Source: Microthyrium microscopicum (lineage: Eukaryota). From it: a stretch of DNA of 64,000 bases. Positions 38,101 to 49,182 of the stretch are shown here, piece by piece (position 1 is the stretch's first letter; each line of letters opens with the position of its first letter). A model generated the notes under the pieces. That model made no database searches, was not told where the DNA came from, and saw only the letters and a list, made by a program, of their open reading frames with translations. A program made the position numbers and the translations under genes. The stretch lies in NCBI GenBank assembly GCA_010405405.1, contig MU004234.1:478993-542992 (forward strand). Direction: 5' to 3'.

Positions 38101-39085
38101 TTAGTAGTAGCTAGTAGCTTTAGATCTCTCTAGGGGTCTAATTTAGGTATAAAATAAGTATTTTTAGAGTTAATATTCTGCGTGCGCTCTTTAGGCGTTA
38201 ACACAATATAATAACCTGATTTTTAAGCAATATTTAACTACCACTAGGGCCACCTTAGATCCATAGTTGATTTCCTATTTGGGTTTAGATCCATTGGGTA
38301 ACGGCAGCTGAGGCCACCTAAGATCTCGCTGGGGCCACTTCAGTATTAGCTGAGGCCACTTAACAACACCCACAGCTGTACCTCTATGTTAGAGCAGAAG
38401 GTAAATGTGCTTGGAGCATAAGCAGGGGACTATCCTGCGAATACTCAGCTAGGGTTAGCCCAAATAAGAAAAAACGAATTGCTTGCAGTTCACAATCAAT
38501 AAAAGATGTGGACGGTTGTGCTTTGCAAACGCCAAAACCATTACTGATCCATGGCGGAACTCTACACAGACTTCCTTTTCGCCGCTAAAGGTATAAAGTC
38601 AGTCTTAGCACGCAATACAGTCTGAGTAATGAATGGAATAGACTTAAGAGATTCATATTCGCGTCATATTGAAATGAGCTCGGCTCGCAATCTTGTAGTG
38701 TGCGAACCATAGCAAACTCGACGCGGTCTTCCCATAGGAGATTTCATCTCTGGGGGTAGTCCTCTGAAAAGCCTTACTATATAGGCCAGTAAGTAAGAGC
38801 AACAGCATCGGTATCAAGAAGAAGCAGCAAAATACACAAGAATGTGCAGTGCGATGGTATAGCAACAATAGAGATGCAACACCGAAGTGAGGCTAACATG
38901 GTAGTTTCTATCAAAATTGTTCAACCGCAAAAAAGTCCAATCATCCGACTTACACAGCGCACACCAGACCAGATGGAGGCATTCCATTGTGGTAAATTCT
39001 AGTGACTCATCGATATGCTCTTGATTCAATCATAAGGTAGTTTCGTCGCGTGATTTCATGAAAGTGTGCCGAAATTGTTTTGTCT

Positions 39086-40063
39086 TCAGTAATTGTCCTC
39101 ATCTTCATCAGCTTGATAGACGTGGCGTGTGCGTGAGGGATCTTTGCGCATAGCTTGGCCAGAGCCGACAAAGCCAACTACAGTAAGTTAGTATTTCTTG
39201 CGCTGTAAGTAATTAGATAATGGTATGACCTACCTCGTGCAGTGACACTGTCACCTGTGCGGAACATGCTCTCCTTCTTCTTGGCCTGTTTACTATACTT
39301 GCCCTTGGTAGAAAAGTCTTTCCATGCAGATTTACTAGCTTCGAGCTCTTTCTTGGCTTTTATCTTCTTTGGTGCTTTCGGAGGTTTGGGCGGGCCGTCG
39401 CTAACTTTGCTTGGTTCCTTCTTGGCTGCGGTGGCGAGAGTAGGATCTATGCTTGCAGCCGCCGAAATAACACCTGGTATAGCTGGAGAATCATCAGCTT
39501 TCCGCTTCTTAGAATTGTTTGTGTGCATGGGTTTGAGGTCGGCGGATCGGCAAGTCTCCGTGTTGTCATACGACTTGAACGCAACGTAGTATACTGGATC
39601 GGAGGACGAGCCGGTGATGGATGTGATGCGCGCTGGATAGAATGCTTTGTCGCCTGTTACCCATCGGGCAAGGACCGTGTCGTTGACTTTGTAGACTACA
39701 GGTTTAGCTTCTTCAGAGACTGGATCAGCGCCTGGCTTGCGATAGCCGGCTTGATAGGCGGGATGGTTTTCTACCGACCATTTTGGTTTCTCGGCTGGCG
39801 GTGAGGGTTCGCTCGTAACGGCAGCTGGTGCAGCGGGCTTGAGTTCGGTTATAAGGCTTTCTGTGGCATCTATGGCTTCTTGGATTTCTGCTACAAGGGC
39901 TTTGAGTTCTTCGTTGTCGGGATCTTGATGGAGACTGGCTTGAACAGCTTCGAGCTGCGATTGAGAGTTAGGAAGTGTATATCATATGGCGAGAATAAGA
40001 TGATCTGACCTGCTGCCGGAAGCCTTTCAGGTCTTCTTCTAAATCTGCAACTTCGCTGCTCAT
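39086..40063 (-). CDS. spf30: Splicing factor Spf30 / SMNDC1-like Tudor protein
   Basis: Introns 39955-40009 and 39178-39233; QLEAVQASLHQDPDNEELKAL, Tudor VLARWVTGDKAFYPARITSITGS, C-terminal KSAWKDF...KKESMFRT...VGFVGSGQAM. Confidence 0.9.
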
Positions 40064-41220
40064 TTTGGTGGTGTTTGGAAAGGAAGAATGAAAACAGAAA
40101 ATGCGATGATAGAGATGGCAGTGTACTAGTGGTGGAGAAAGCTCACAAGTTACTGGTGCAGTGAAAACATGCGCACGGACTGTTCCACACGTGAGGCTCT
40201 TTCCCGAAGTAGCAAATGCGACCCTGCGGTTGGAGACTACCCCGCGTGTTATGGAAGGGACTGTTACTAGAGAAGAGTATGCAATTGATAAGGTAGCATA
40301 GACTAGTGATTAGGAAATTGGAGTATTGCTATCAAATTCTCGACAACTCGCAATAGCAAATGTCGACGGATTTAACTCGGCGGCATGCGCTATGCCCAGG
40401 TTGTGGTACTGGTACGAGTATTCGATACCTATTCGCCCAGCTTAGTCCCATGTGTTAATCCAATAAACAGGTCGTCTCAAACTGCCTACTTTCGCGTACG
40501 CCTCAACAGCTAAACAACAAGATCAACGTCGGAAGAGCCTCCCTTTGACCACAGGCAGGAGATTAAGCAGGCATGATGTCTCAATACATCTGTGCTCTAG
40601 TGGGGCGAACCGTGAATCAGAGCTTAAAGGATTTCAGATGAGCCCCAGGATGCCAAGACCCTTGATTATCAATCTCGCAATTGCCAATCTCAACTCTTCC
40701 CCTATCCATTCTCTTCTATTTCTGACCATCTGAGGACGTACATCGAGTGCTCGGTACATACAACAAGTGCTCGGACAACGACGCAAATAATCCCTGAGCG
40801 TAGACGGTAGATCCTGGATTCATCAATATGGATTTTATCACCACAGACTTCCCGTCATATGAAGCTTATGCAAGCCCCATGAAGATATGAAAAACTCGGG
40901 TGTTCCGTGAGGCTGACAAAAATACATCTCAGTGACAGCGGATGGGTTTGGAGCTATATGAGATGGTCCAATGGAGACACTGTCAGTAAGACTGCCGCAC
41001 TCCTGAAGAAATACCCAGCGCTGATATTTTAGCAGACAATTGATCACATGCTATTAAAGCAGTCAATTCTCAATAGCAGATATCCATAATAAAGGGCAAA
41101 CTATTTTCATTCCACGCAATACTAGTTGGTTCGAACTCCTCGGAAGCAGCATAGTGATTCGTCTGTTGTCAATAACGACATATCGTGAGAGGCCAAATGC
41201 CCAAAGCTTTTGACACATGT

Positions 41221-41772
41221 CTACCTCCTGTACTCTCGAATGGCAGATTCGAGGGCAGATGTTTGCCGAGATTTGAAGATTAGACCTGGACTTTGAGCCG
41301 TAGCAGGCAATTTGGAAGTGATAGCGTCCTGGAATACAATGGCCGCATCAGACAGATTCAACAGCTCTTCGCGGATGACATCTTTAGCCCCGACCGCAAC
41401 AGCAACATTTTTCGCGCCAATCCATCCCTTGGCTCCAAGTTGAAGATAGTTCGTCAGAGATTCGGACCAGTTGAGAAGTTTGACCGCCTCATTGCCGGTG
41501 ATGGCGGGTCCGCGTCTTACGTCGCGCGATCCGGCTCGGAGCGCGTCTGTTACTTCGCGAGTTATGGTCAAGGCGTGCTCTGTCTTCCAGCGACCCTCGT
41601 CGTAGCTGCCTGGTGTTCCCCATTGCTGAAAGTCTGCGTTAAGCTTCTCGAGTGCTGTTCCAGCTTTCCTTATTGCGATCTCAACTGGCGGATCTGCTGC
41701 AGGTCCTGCCAACGGAGAGGCGATGGCTCCACCGAGAAAAAGAGCTGAAAGGGTGAGGATGTTGAACTTCAT
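41221..41772 (-). CDS. Small secreted protein, HsbA / cell-wall mannoprotein-like helical family
   Basis: Signal peptide MKFNILTLSALFLGGAIASP; Cys-free amphipathic helices; AKNVAVAVGAKDVIREEL...FQDAITSKLP...ESAIREY. Confidence 0.75.
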   Translation of the reverse strand: MKFNILTLSALFLGGAIASPLAGPAADPPVEIAIRKAGTALEKLNADFQQWGTPGSYDEGRWKTEHALTITREVTDALRAGSRDVRRGPAITGNEAVKLLNWSESLTNYLQLGAKGWIGAKNVAVAVGAKDVIREELLNLSDAAIVFQDAITSKLPATAQSPGLIFKSRQTSALESAIREYRR

Positions 41773-43836
41773 TTTGAAAACTGGATGGTGATTCTAGCCG
41801 CACAAAGAGTTTAGGTTAGCTAATGCGACAACAACTTTCACATATCTGATCCCTCACCTCTGCGTCTCAAGTCCGGGAAAAAGTTCTTGGAAATAGACTC
41901 CAAGAAAAATAGACGGGTTCGACCGACCTTTAAACCTCATCTCGATTAATTTGGGGATTGATGACATTCTTACACACCATCCACTCTTGCTCCGTGGTTG
42001 GCAACGACTTTCTCGGAATTTCCAAAACATCTTAATTATCATGCTGGACAATTGGTGTGCTTAGAGTAACACGACTTCGCGTTATGGTTCTCATCAAGTT
42101 CAGTCTGCGAGTAGACTGAAGAGGCTAGCGCTGTATCGAATAAGAATAGATATTTAGCTTAACTCACCATATTATAGCACCTTTTTTGGTCCACTACTGT
42201 CCGATAGGGTATGAGCCCATATCAACTTTTTCGTTACAGGTACCTGGTACCTCTGTCATACTTTTTGAGCCTCAGGGTTAAGCTTTCTGAAGTGTGAGCG
42301 CACCGTTGATACCAAAAAAGAGCCATTTATTTGCAACATTGCAACAGTATATGACAGCCTCATATAGATATCTATTCCTGAGTATCTGCTGTTATCTTTG
42401 GGCCAACGGCCCCAAATTTTGAAAGGAGAAAAACAGGCTTACACAAAGTATCGCCTTTTCATCTCAAAATTAGGGATTAAGTCGCACCTTCCAACTACCT
42501 AGGTATATGGATAACGATATACCTTCAAGCGGAAGACAATTTCTCGAGGCATTACTCGGATGGGGCATTCGCTAATCATGCTTTGTTCTTGAGCAAATTG
42601 TGAACAAAGTTGAAAAGCTGAAATTTCAAGAGGCTGTTACTCACATAAAGAAGCATGATCTCAGATTTTTAGATCGTGAATGGAAAGTTCACTGTTGGCG
42701 GTATGTTAGGATAATGTATCATGTAATATGATAACGCCTTTCTATTGGCTAAGCTACTAGTAGCTAAGATAAATTTATCTCTCTACGGCGACAGTAATTG
42801 TAGCAATTTGGGCTGTCTTTGGCTAAGTTTATCAGACTTCAGCCTCTTGCTCGGCCAAATATTTGGGGCACAAGCATTTAGCAATGCTACAGCCTGGAAA
42901 AAGGTCATTGCCAGCTTGGAATCAAGATTTTAATTATCAGGTACTCAAGCTTTAGGGTCACTGCCAACTCGCTCCAGATCTGATCTGTCAATCTGATAAC
43001 CTGTCCACGAGAACGCGCACAGCGTAGAGTATTGCCTGAAGTCCTTGGTCGGGCTATTGTTCCTCCATGTCAGTGTCACAAGCCTGTCGCCTGTAGATCC
43101 CATCCAATTCTAGATGCTATCGCAGTTGACACAACCCCAAAGTTCTTGTACTCTTTCCAGCGCTACGAGTAGTAACCTCATACGTCCTCTTTGGCCAGGA
43201 TTCAAGATCATTCCCCAACTCGCTGAGATCATTTTTGCTTGCATCAGATAGGAATACGCACCTGGTCATCTTAGTAACCACTTCCCCCCCATCCAAAAGC
43301 CCATATCCATCAGACAGTCTAGCCTCTTCTGGGGTGCAGGATCCGATTCAATCAAGAGACTAGAACATGTGCAGCTTAGCTCTAGCGGGAGGTACCTGTG
43401 CTTTGGCGCCCTTTGATTGATTCAATTGGAAAGCAGTCGAATCTTTCCCCTCTTTCTTGTCTCCTTGCCTCCTTGACACCTCACTTTCTCTTCCAACCCT
43501 TCAACAACATTTGAACATCCAAACTCGACTTTCTGGTTCCACTATCGTCGCCAATCCTCCATTGGTGCTGTTCATCCTATTCCACAATACATCGTAACTT
43601 ACAATCATCCTCTTGGATTTGAGGTCATCAGTAGTCAATTCAAAGCTTAAATAGCCTGCGCTTGGAGCCCTTTGCTCTGTCATCACTAAGCAATCTTGCT
43701 TACACAATCACTCCGCGACGACCATCTGGCCACTTTTCTTTCTCAACCACCACTTTTTGTCTTGCGTGAAGTCATCTCAATAGGTTTTTTGAGTGTACTT
43801 TTTCTATTGCGCTATAGTCTGGGGGTGGAGTAAGAG

Positions 43837-43986
43837 GTGAGTTCCAACTTCCGCGCCCTGCCGGTATCCCACTCTCAACCAGGCTCCAATGCTGCCTTCT
43901 GCGGCTTGTCTCGTCACCTGCATTCTACCGGATGCAGTCCAGTCTCACCAAAGACACGTTCGTGTGCTCGGGCTAACTGTCCATAG
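43837..43986 (+). other. Probable 5'-UTR intron of the AP-1 gene
   Basis: AG|GTGAGT donor, GCTAAC branch site (43972-77), CATAG acceptor, between a CT-rich tract (43441-43500) and ATG 44105. Confidence 0.6.
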
Positions 43987-44104
43987 TATTATTCCAGACA
44001 CTCAGGGCTGTGTTATTCCTGCTTCTGACTCCTATCCTTGCTTTGCCACCCGGGCCACGAGGAAGCTACCCTTCTAGAAACTTTACGTCAACGCTTCTTT
44101 AACA

Positions 44105-46121
44105 ATGGCCAACATGTTTGGTAATCCTCAGTTCAACCCTTCCAGCCTCTCACCAAACCAACAGGACCTCCTGATGGCGGCTCTGCAATCCAACGCCCCT
44201 GGCTCATCGACCGATGTTCATTCTAATCGACAAAGTCTGGACTTTACTTCTGGCTCCCTAGACCCATCTATGCTTTCAACTCAATCCGATGGACTGTATG
44301 GCGATCTCAATTTCACAAATTTCGACGATCAACAATTGTTCGACTTCATTGATAATAGCAACGATGCTCTAGATGTCAACTTTAACAACCCCAAGGACTC
44401 ATATGACGATGACGAAGGTTCACCTGAGGGCAACAACAATGCCGATCCTGGTGACAAGCGCAAGAGTATGGCCATATCTGATATGGATATGGACGAGGAG
44501 GAGAACGAGCCCAAGCGACGAGAAGGAGAGGAGAAACAAGCTAAGAAACCGGGCCGTAAACCGCTCACGTCAGAGCCCACTTCAGTAAGTGGCTCTCCTA
44601 TTATAAAATACAGATATCATATTAATGCCAAATAGAAGCGTAAGGCTCAAAATAGAGCTGCACAGCGTGCGTTCCGTGAACGCAAAGAAAAGCATCTCCA
44701 TGACTTGGAGGTCAAGGTAACCGAGCTCGAAAAGAATTCGGAAAGCACAAGCCATGAGAATGGCCTGCTTCGAGCACAAGTCGAGAGACTACAAACGGAA
44801 TTGAGAGAATACCGGAAAAAACTCTCAGTCCAACGTACTCTCGGACAATCTCCTCCTACCACCTCTACATCTCTTCAATCATTCTCAAATCCATCCAACA
44901 GCATGTCGAATTTTGCATTTGACTTTTCAAGAGCTGGCAGCATGGGTAGCACTGGAAGTATTTATGGTCAAATGCCACTGTTTGGCACTGGCTCAATGCA
45001 GACCACATCACCTCAGTCAACAGCTATAGATTTCACATCAGACTTGTTTTCACGACATGCCTCCACTGATGCAACATCACCTGGTACAAACAATGCGAAT
45101 ACTCCAGCTTCTTCCGACATGCGATCACAACATGGCTCTGTGAGCAAGGGCTCCCCACAAACATTCGTCGACAAGAACTCTCCTCGAACCTTTGGGGATC
45201 AAATGTTTGCTCCACCCCGCAATTCCAGTATCAGTCAAGGAGCGGACTTCCCTCGCGGATCGATCGACTCACCCAGTTCTGCATACAATATCTTCACATC
45301 ATCAACAACTGCAGAACCCATAGACCTCAACGCTCAGTCAACTACACAATCAAGGATATTTCAATTCAACAGTAATTCGACTTCATCGCCGTCCGCGACG
45401 TCATCTTCGCAATATGGTGGAAACAGCAACTCTTCCTGCGGCACATCTCCAGAGGCAGCCAAAGACGCCGGCCCCGAAGACGACCCGGTCAAGGCCTCAT
45501 TTTACGAGCAACTACAAGGTGCTTGTGGAAATACCAAGAATCCCGAACCGCGCGCGAAGTCGTCACCACTTAGCCAGACTGAAAACATCACCAATAACAG
45601 CAATCCCTTCCCACTATTCTCAGAACCTAGTGAGATCGACATATTCGCTGCCAGTTGGCCCACAGAATACAACGACTCGAACGCCTTTGGGAACTCTGAC
45701 AACGCTTTCGGCAACTTCACCACCTCATCCGACTTTAGCGTTGCTGGTCCAATGGACTGGAACGATCTTACTGGCAGCATGCGCACCGGTCTTACACCAG
45801 GGGTACAGAAGCCAAATCCATTTGACATGGCGGCACCATCAATGCCTGAAATCAAAGAGGAAGAGGTCGTTCCGGCCGAAGGCCAGATGGTCCCCTGTAA
45901 CAAGATATGGTAAGTACCTCCATATCCCCGTACATCTCAACCAATTCTAACATCTTCACAGGGACAGTATACGCGAGCGCGAAGATTTCAAGGACGGCTC
46001 AATCGACATTGACAGTCTATGTACAGAACTTCGCAAGAAAGCCAAGTGTTCGGAAACAGGCGTCGTCATTGACCAACACGACGTTGACGCTGCTCTACAA
46101 CGCTTGCCCCGCTCCACCTGA
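44105..46121 (+). CDS. yap1: Yap1/Pap1-like AP-1 bZIP oxidative-stress transcription factor, about 637 aa
   Basis: Introns 44585-44635 and 45910-45961; KKPGRKP...TS|KRKAQNRAAQRAFRERK bZIP, n-CRD SSCGTSPE / GACG, c-CRD CNKIW...IDIDSLCTELRKKAKCSETG. Confidence 0.95.
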
Positions 46122-47078
46122 GGGTTTATGCTGCGCCTAATGATATGAGATGATGCTCCACGCAAAGCGCGTGCTGTACATGATGAACCTGAAATGCTAC
46201 TCTCTGTATGAGTTTGAGAAATGGGCGGATAGAAGGAAAGCTTAAAATATCCCTGGGAATTGCGTTACAGGTTGCGAAATGTTACTTTTGAAAAGGACGG
46301 CAGTTTCTTGACGGTTCGTCTTGAATGATTGAGGATTGTCATGAGGCATCGATTGCGAAGGATTTCTTGGTAGTCAGCGCTAGATATACGGAATTGTGTT
46401 CCAACAATTTTATGATGTTAGCTTTTGCTGTCTTGTATTACTTAGCGTTTTGTGTTGACCTGAGTGCCATCTCTTACCGACAGGCTGGTAATGGCTCTCC
46501 GAGGACCCTCTTGCCGCTCTAAATACCTAGTATCATGATAGATAACTCCTCTCCACTTGCAACCGCTCTACTATTAATTCCTGTCTGTAATATTGATAGA
46601 GCAGACTAAAAAGGGTTCAGAAGGATAATAGGTAGCCTTGCCAGATCTACCTGTTACAAGGCAGATTCGTACTTATCTACGCTGCCAGTCTTACATAACC
46701 AATCAAATAAGTGACTCGACCATCTGCTCGTTGCATCAGCCATCGATAAGCGACTAGCCAGTATCAGCCAGCGTACGAGATTCGGAGGGAAGTAAACCAA
46801 TCATGTCAACCACTTTGCTCTTCCTACGATTCCCTTGAACTAGCATCCGCTGCAGGGCTGCATATGGTATCATGCATGAAGTGCGAATTGAGGATAAGAC
46901 GAGCAATACAATCGAAGATTTCGTGACAACTTCTGCGTCCTTGCTACGATATGGACACAAACCTGGTTTTCAAAAGTAATAGTGAGTTATTGGCTGATTT
47001 GCCGCACGATAGGATGGGGGGTTGACATTAGAGTATTGTAGGTACATAGTGCAACTGGTCGGGTTGTTGATCGGATAT

Positions 47079-47166
47079 GTCGATTTCAGCTACTCCATGC
47101 AGGTTGACTTCAGCTACACTGTGCATATTGATTTCAGCTACACTGTGCATATCGACTTCAACTGCC
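47079..47166. repeat. 24-bp imperfect tandem repeat, about 3.7 copies
   Basis: Units begin 47079, 47103, 47127 and 47151: GTCGATTTCAGCTAC, GTTGACTTCAGCTAC, ATTGATTTCAGCTAC, ATCGACTTCAACTGC. Confidence 0.9.
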
Positions 47167-47368
47167 ATTCGCCATCCAGCTATGCAACAGTATGCCCTGC
47201 CAGTCTAGACCACTTCGCTTCTGTACGGTTCCTTCAGCCCTGCAGTCTCGATATGCCTGGAAGCGGCCGGAAAATATGCAAGTAGAAAACAGTTTGATAC
47301 AAAAGTGCCAATACCTCCAGCCATGATTTTAGCACTGGTCTACTTCACTCCTCTTCCACATTCACAAC

Positions 47369-48282
47369 ATGGCAACCGATACCGTCGATCTTGAAAAAGG
47401 CCTTGCGACTGCAACAGCGCGCAATGCGATACCTTCATGGGCTTCGTCTGCTCCAGACAACGCCATCCTCACCGAGTCCAGCAGGCACACACCTCTGCAG
47501 CTCTTCCAACTGCTAGTCGGCATACACACGCCACCATCCCTTACTCAAGATAGCAGTGATCTCAACAGAGCCGCCAAAGCAAAGTCTAGGCGATCTCGAA
47601 CGGATAACATTGGTCTCTATCAGCGAGCCAAAGATCAAGAACGTGCCAACAGAATTGCGTATCGATGCACAAGCACTATCAGCAACACTTTATACATGCT
47701 TCAAATCCTCCTCGCCGCAATATTTACTGCATTTTCCGCGTACAAGGCTACACCACCTGTACTATTGACTTCACTAGGAGCGGTCAATACCGTTGTGGCT
47801 GGGTCAGTACCAGTTGAAGATCATATTTTGGTATCACGAACTGATTTATATTCGATTATAGGTGCCTCGCATGGCAGAAAGGTCAAGGGGTGCCACAACG
47901 ATACCACAAAGCTCAAGACCAGTATCAAGCGTTGATTCTCGAGATTGAGATGGCGGAGCGGTCATTCTTGGACATTCAGACTAATGGTGATGAAGGCGGT
48001 GTTAAGCTTGATCCAAGAGCAGAGCAAGCTAGGCTTCAGAAGCTGTTTGATACGGCGAGAGCTGATCAGCAGGCGAATTATCCAGATTCATATGTCAGCA
48101 CAGGTGTAACGGCTACCAAAGATTCTACGAGCCTGAAAAAAGAGCTGGATGGTGCAAAAGCAGAAATAGTGAAGGTGCAGGCCGAAATGGTGGCCAAAAT
48201 TGAAGCGTTGATGGCTAAACTGGAGGATGCTATTCCTGATGTTGCGAATGCGCAAAAACAGCGATGCGCCGTGAAACAGTAA
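47369..48282 (+). CDS. Fungal SLATT (SMODS- and SLOG-associating 2TM effector) domain protein, about 284 aa
   Basis: Intron 47803-47861 joins two ORFs: GLYQRA...ISNTLYMLQILLAAIFTAFSA...LTSLGAVNTVVAG|CLAWQKGQGVPQRY...LILEIEMAERSF...A.QQANYPDSY, matching my recollection of the SLATT_fungal pattern; coiled-coil tail. Confidence 0.8.
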
Positions 48283-49182
48283 GTTACAACAGGAACGTAG
48301 AGCCTATTTATGACAAGTAATATGATTAAACTGCTTTCGCTTTAGTTAGTTCATACTCGATTCACACTTCAAGATTCCTCACAATGCTTTGACGATATGT
48401 GTTTTAGCTACTCCTGTATTTGACTATCCGGATCTGACTCTGACTTGAGATAGTTCTGTCTAGCGGCCTTTTTCTTTCGGGCAAATATAAGCAGATACTA
48501 TGGTCTTGGGTATTTTGATACCGCGGGAGAGCGCGGCCATATTCTCGGCAAGGCTGAACAAATAGACTACAAGGCTGAAGAAATGACGCACGGGCCATTT
48601 CCTAGTGGAGACGAGCTTGAGCTCATTGTCCATCAGACCTCAACTACCATTTTCACTTGATCCAACCTCTTCACTGCTCTCAATTGGTCTTCATCAGGAT
48701 GGCATGGAGTCTCATTATCTGGCTCACGGCTCTTCCGGGCGGCAATACGTTACTTTGGGGCGATGGTGCCGGCAAAGGTCTGCAATCCTCCGGATTGAAA
48801 CGCGTCGAGGTCGGGCCTGGAGGTCTGAAGGTTGAGGAAGTGCTCTGCAACTATCTCAGAGAATTCTTTAGATGCCCAATCGGTAATGCTCAATCGGTAC
48901 GTGTGCAGATCTCTATCCCCTTGCCCCACGCCTTTGTCCAATTAGTCGCGCCATGACGAAGACATATTAAACTCGAAGCTCCAGTATACGTACCGTGACG
49001 CTGTTGAAGAGATAAAAATAACAAGTAGTTTTCAATCCGAGCGCTGCAGTTCATCCTCTCAATTTGATTTCATCTCACTAGAGTTTTCGCTAACACTGAC
49101 AGATAGGAAGTTAGCCTTTGGAAGACCGTTGTTTTCAGATTTGTGATACTTTTTCGCCACGATGGATATTCCTCTGACACTG

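Larger units (their letters stand above)
34109..38371 (+). mobile_element. Mutator/MULE DNA transposon, full length, inactivated by RIP
   Basis: 9-bp TSD ACAGCTGTA (34100-34108, 38372-38380); 83-bp TIRs GGGTGTTGTTAAGTGGCCTCAGC... (right 38289-38371; left split by a nested element); extremely TpA-rich interior. Confidence 0.95.

Noticed and set aside
34154..38371. AT-rich block as centromere, NUMT or horizontally acquired DNA
   Set aside because: Fully explained by TIR/TSD-bounded transposons with TpA-biased RIP damage.
41125..41152. GGTTCGAAC as a tRNA T-loop
   Set aside because: Flanking bases do not form a stem; no cloverleaf.
43221..43270. GCTGAGA as the start of a TPP riboswitch
   Set aside because: The downstream conserved aptamer core is missing and no thiamine gene is adjacent.
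47079..47166. Regularly spaced repeat as a CRISPR-like array
   Set aside because: Contiguous tandem units with no unique spacers, in a eukaryotic genome.
48404..48956. Short ORFs between SLATT and HET2 as a third system component
   Set aside because: Frequent stops in all frames and no recognisable domain; cannot be supported, though a TBLASTX check would be cheap.
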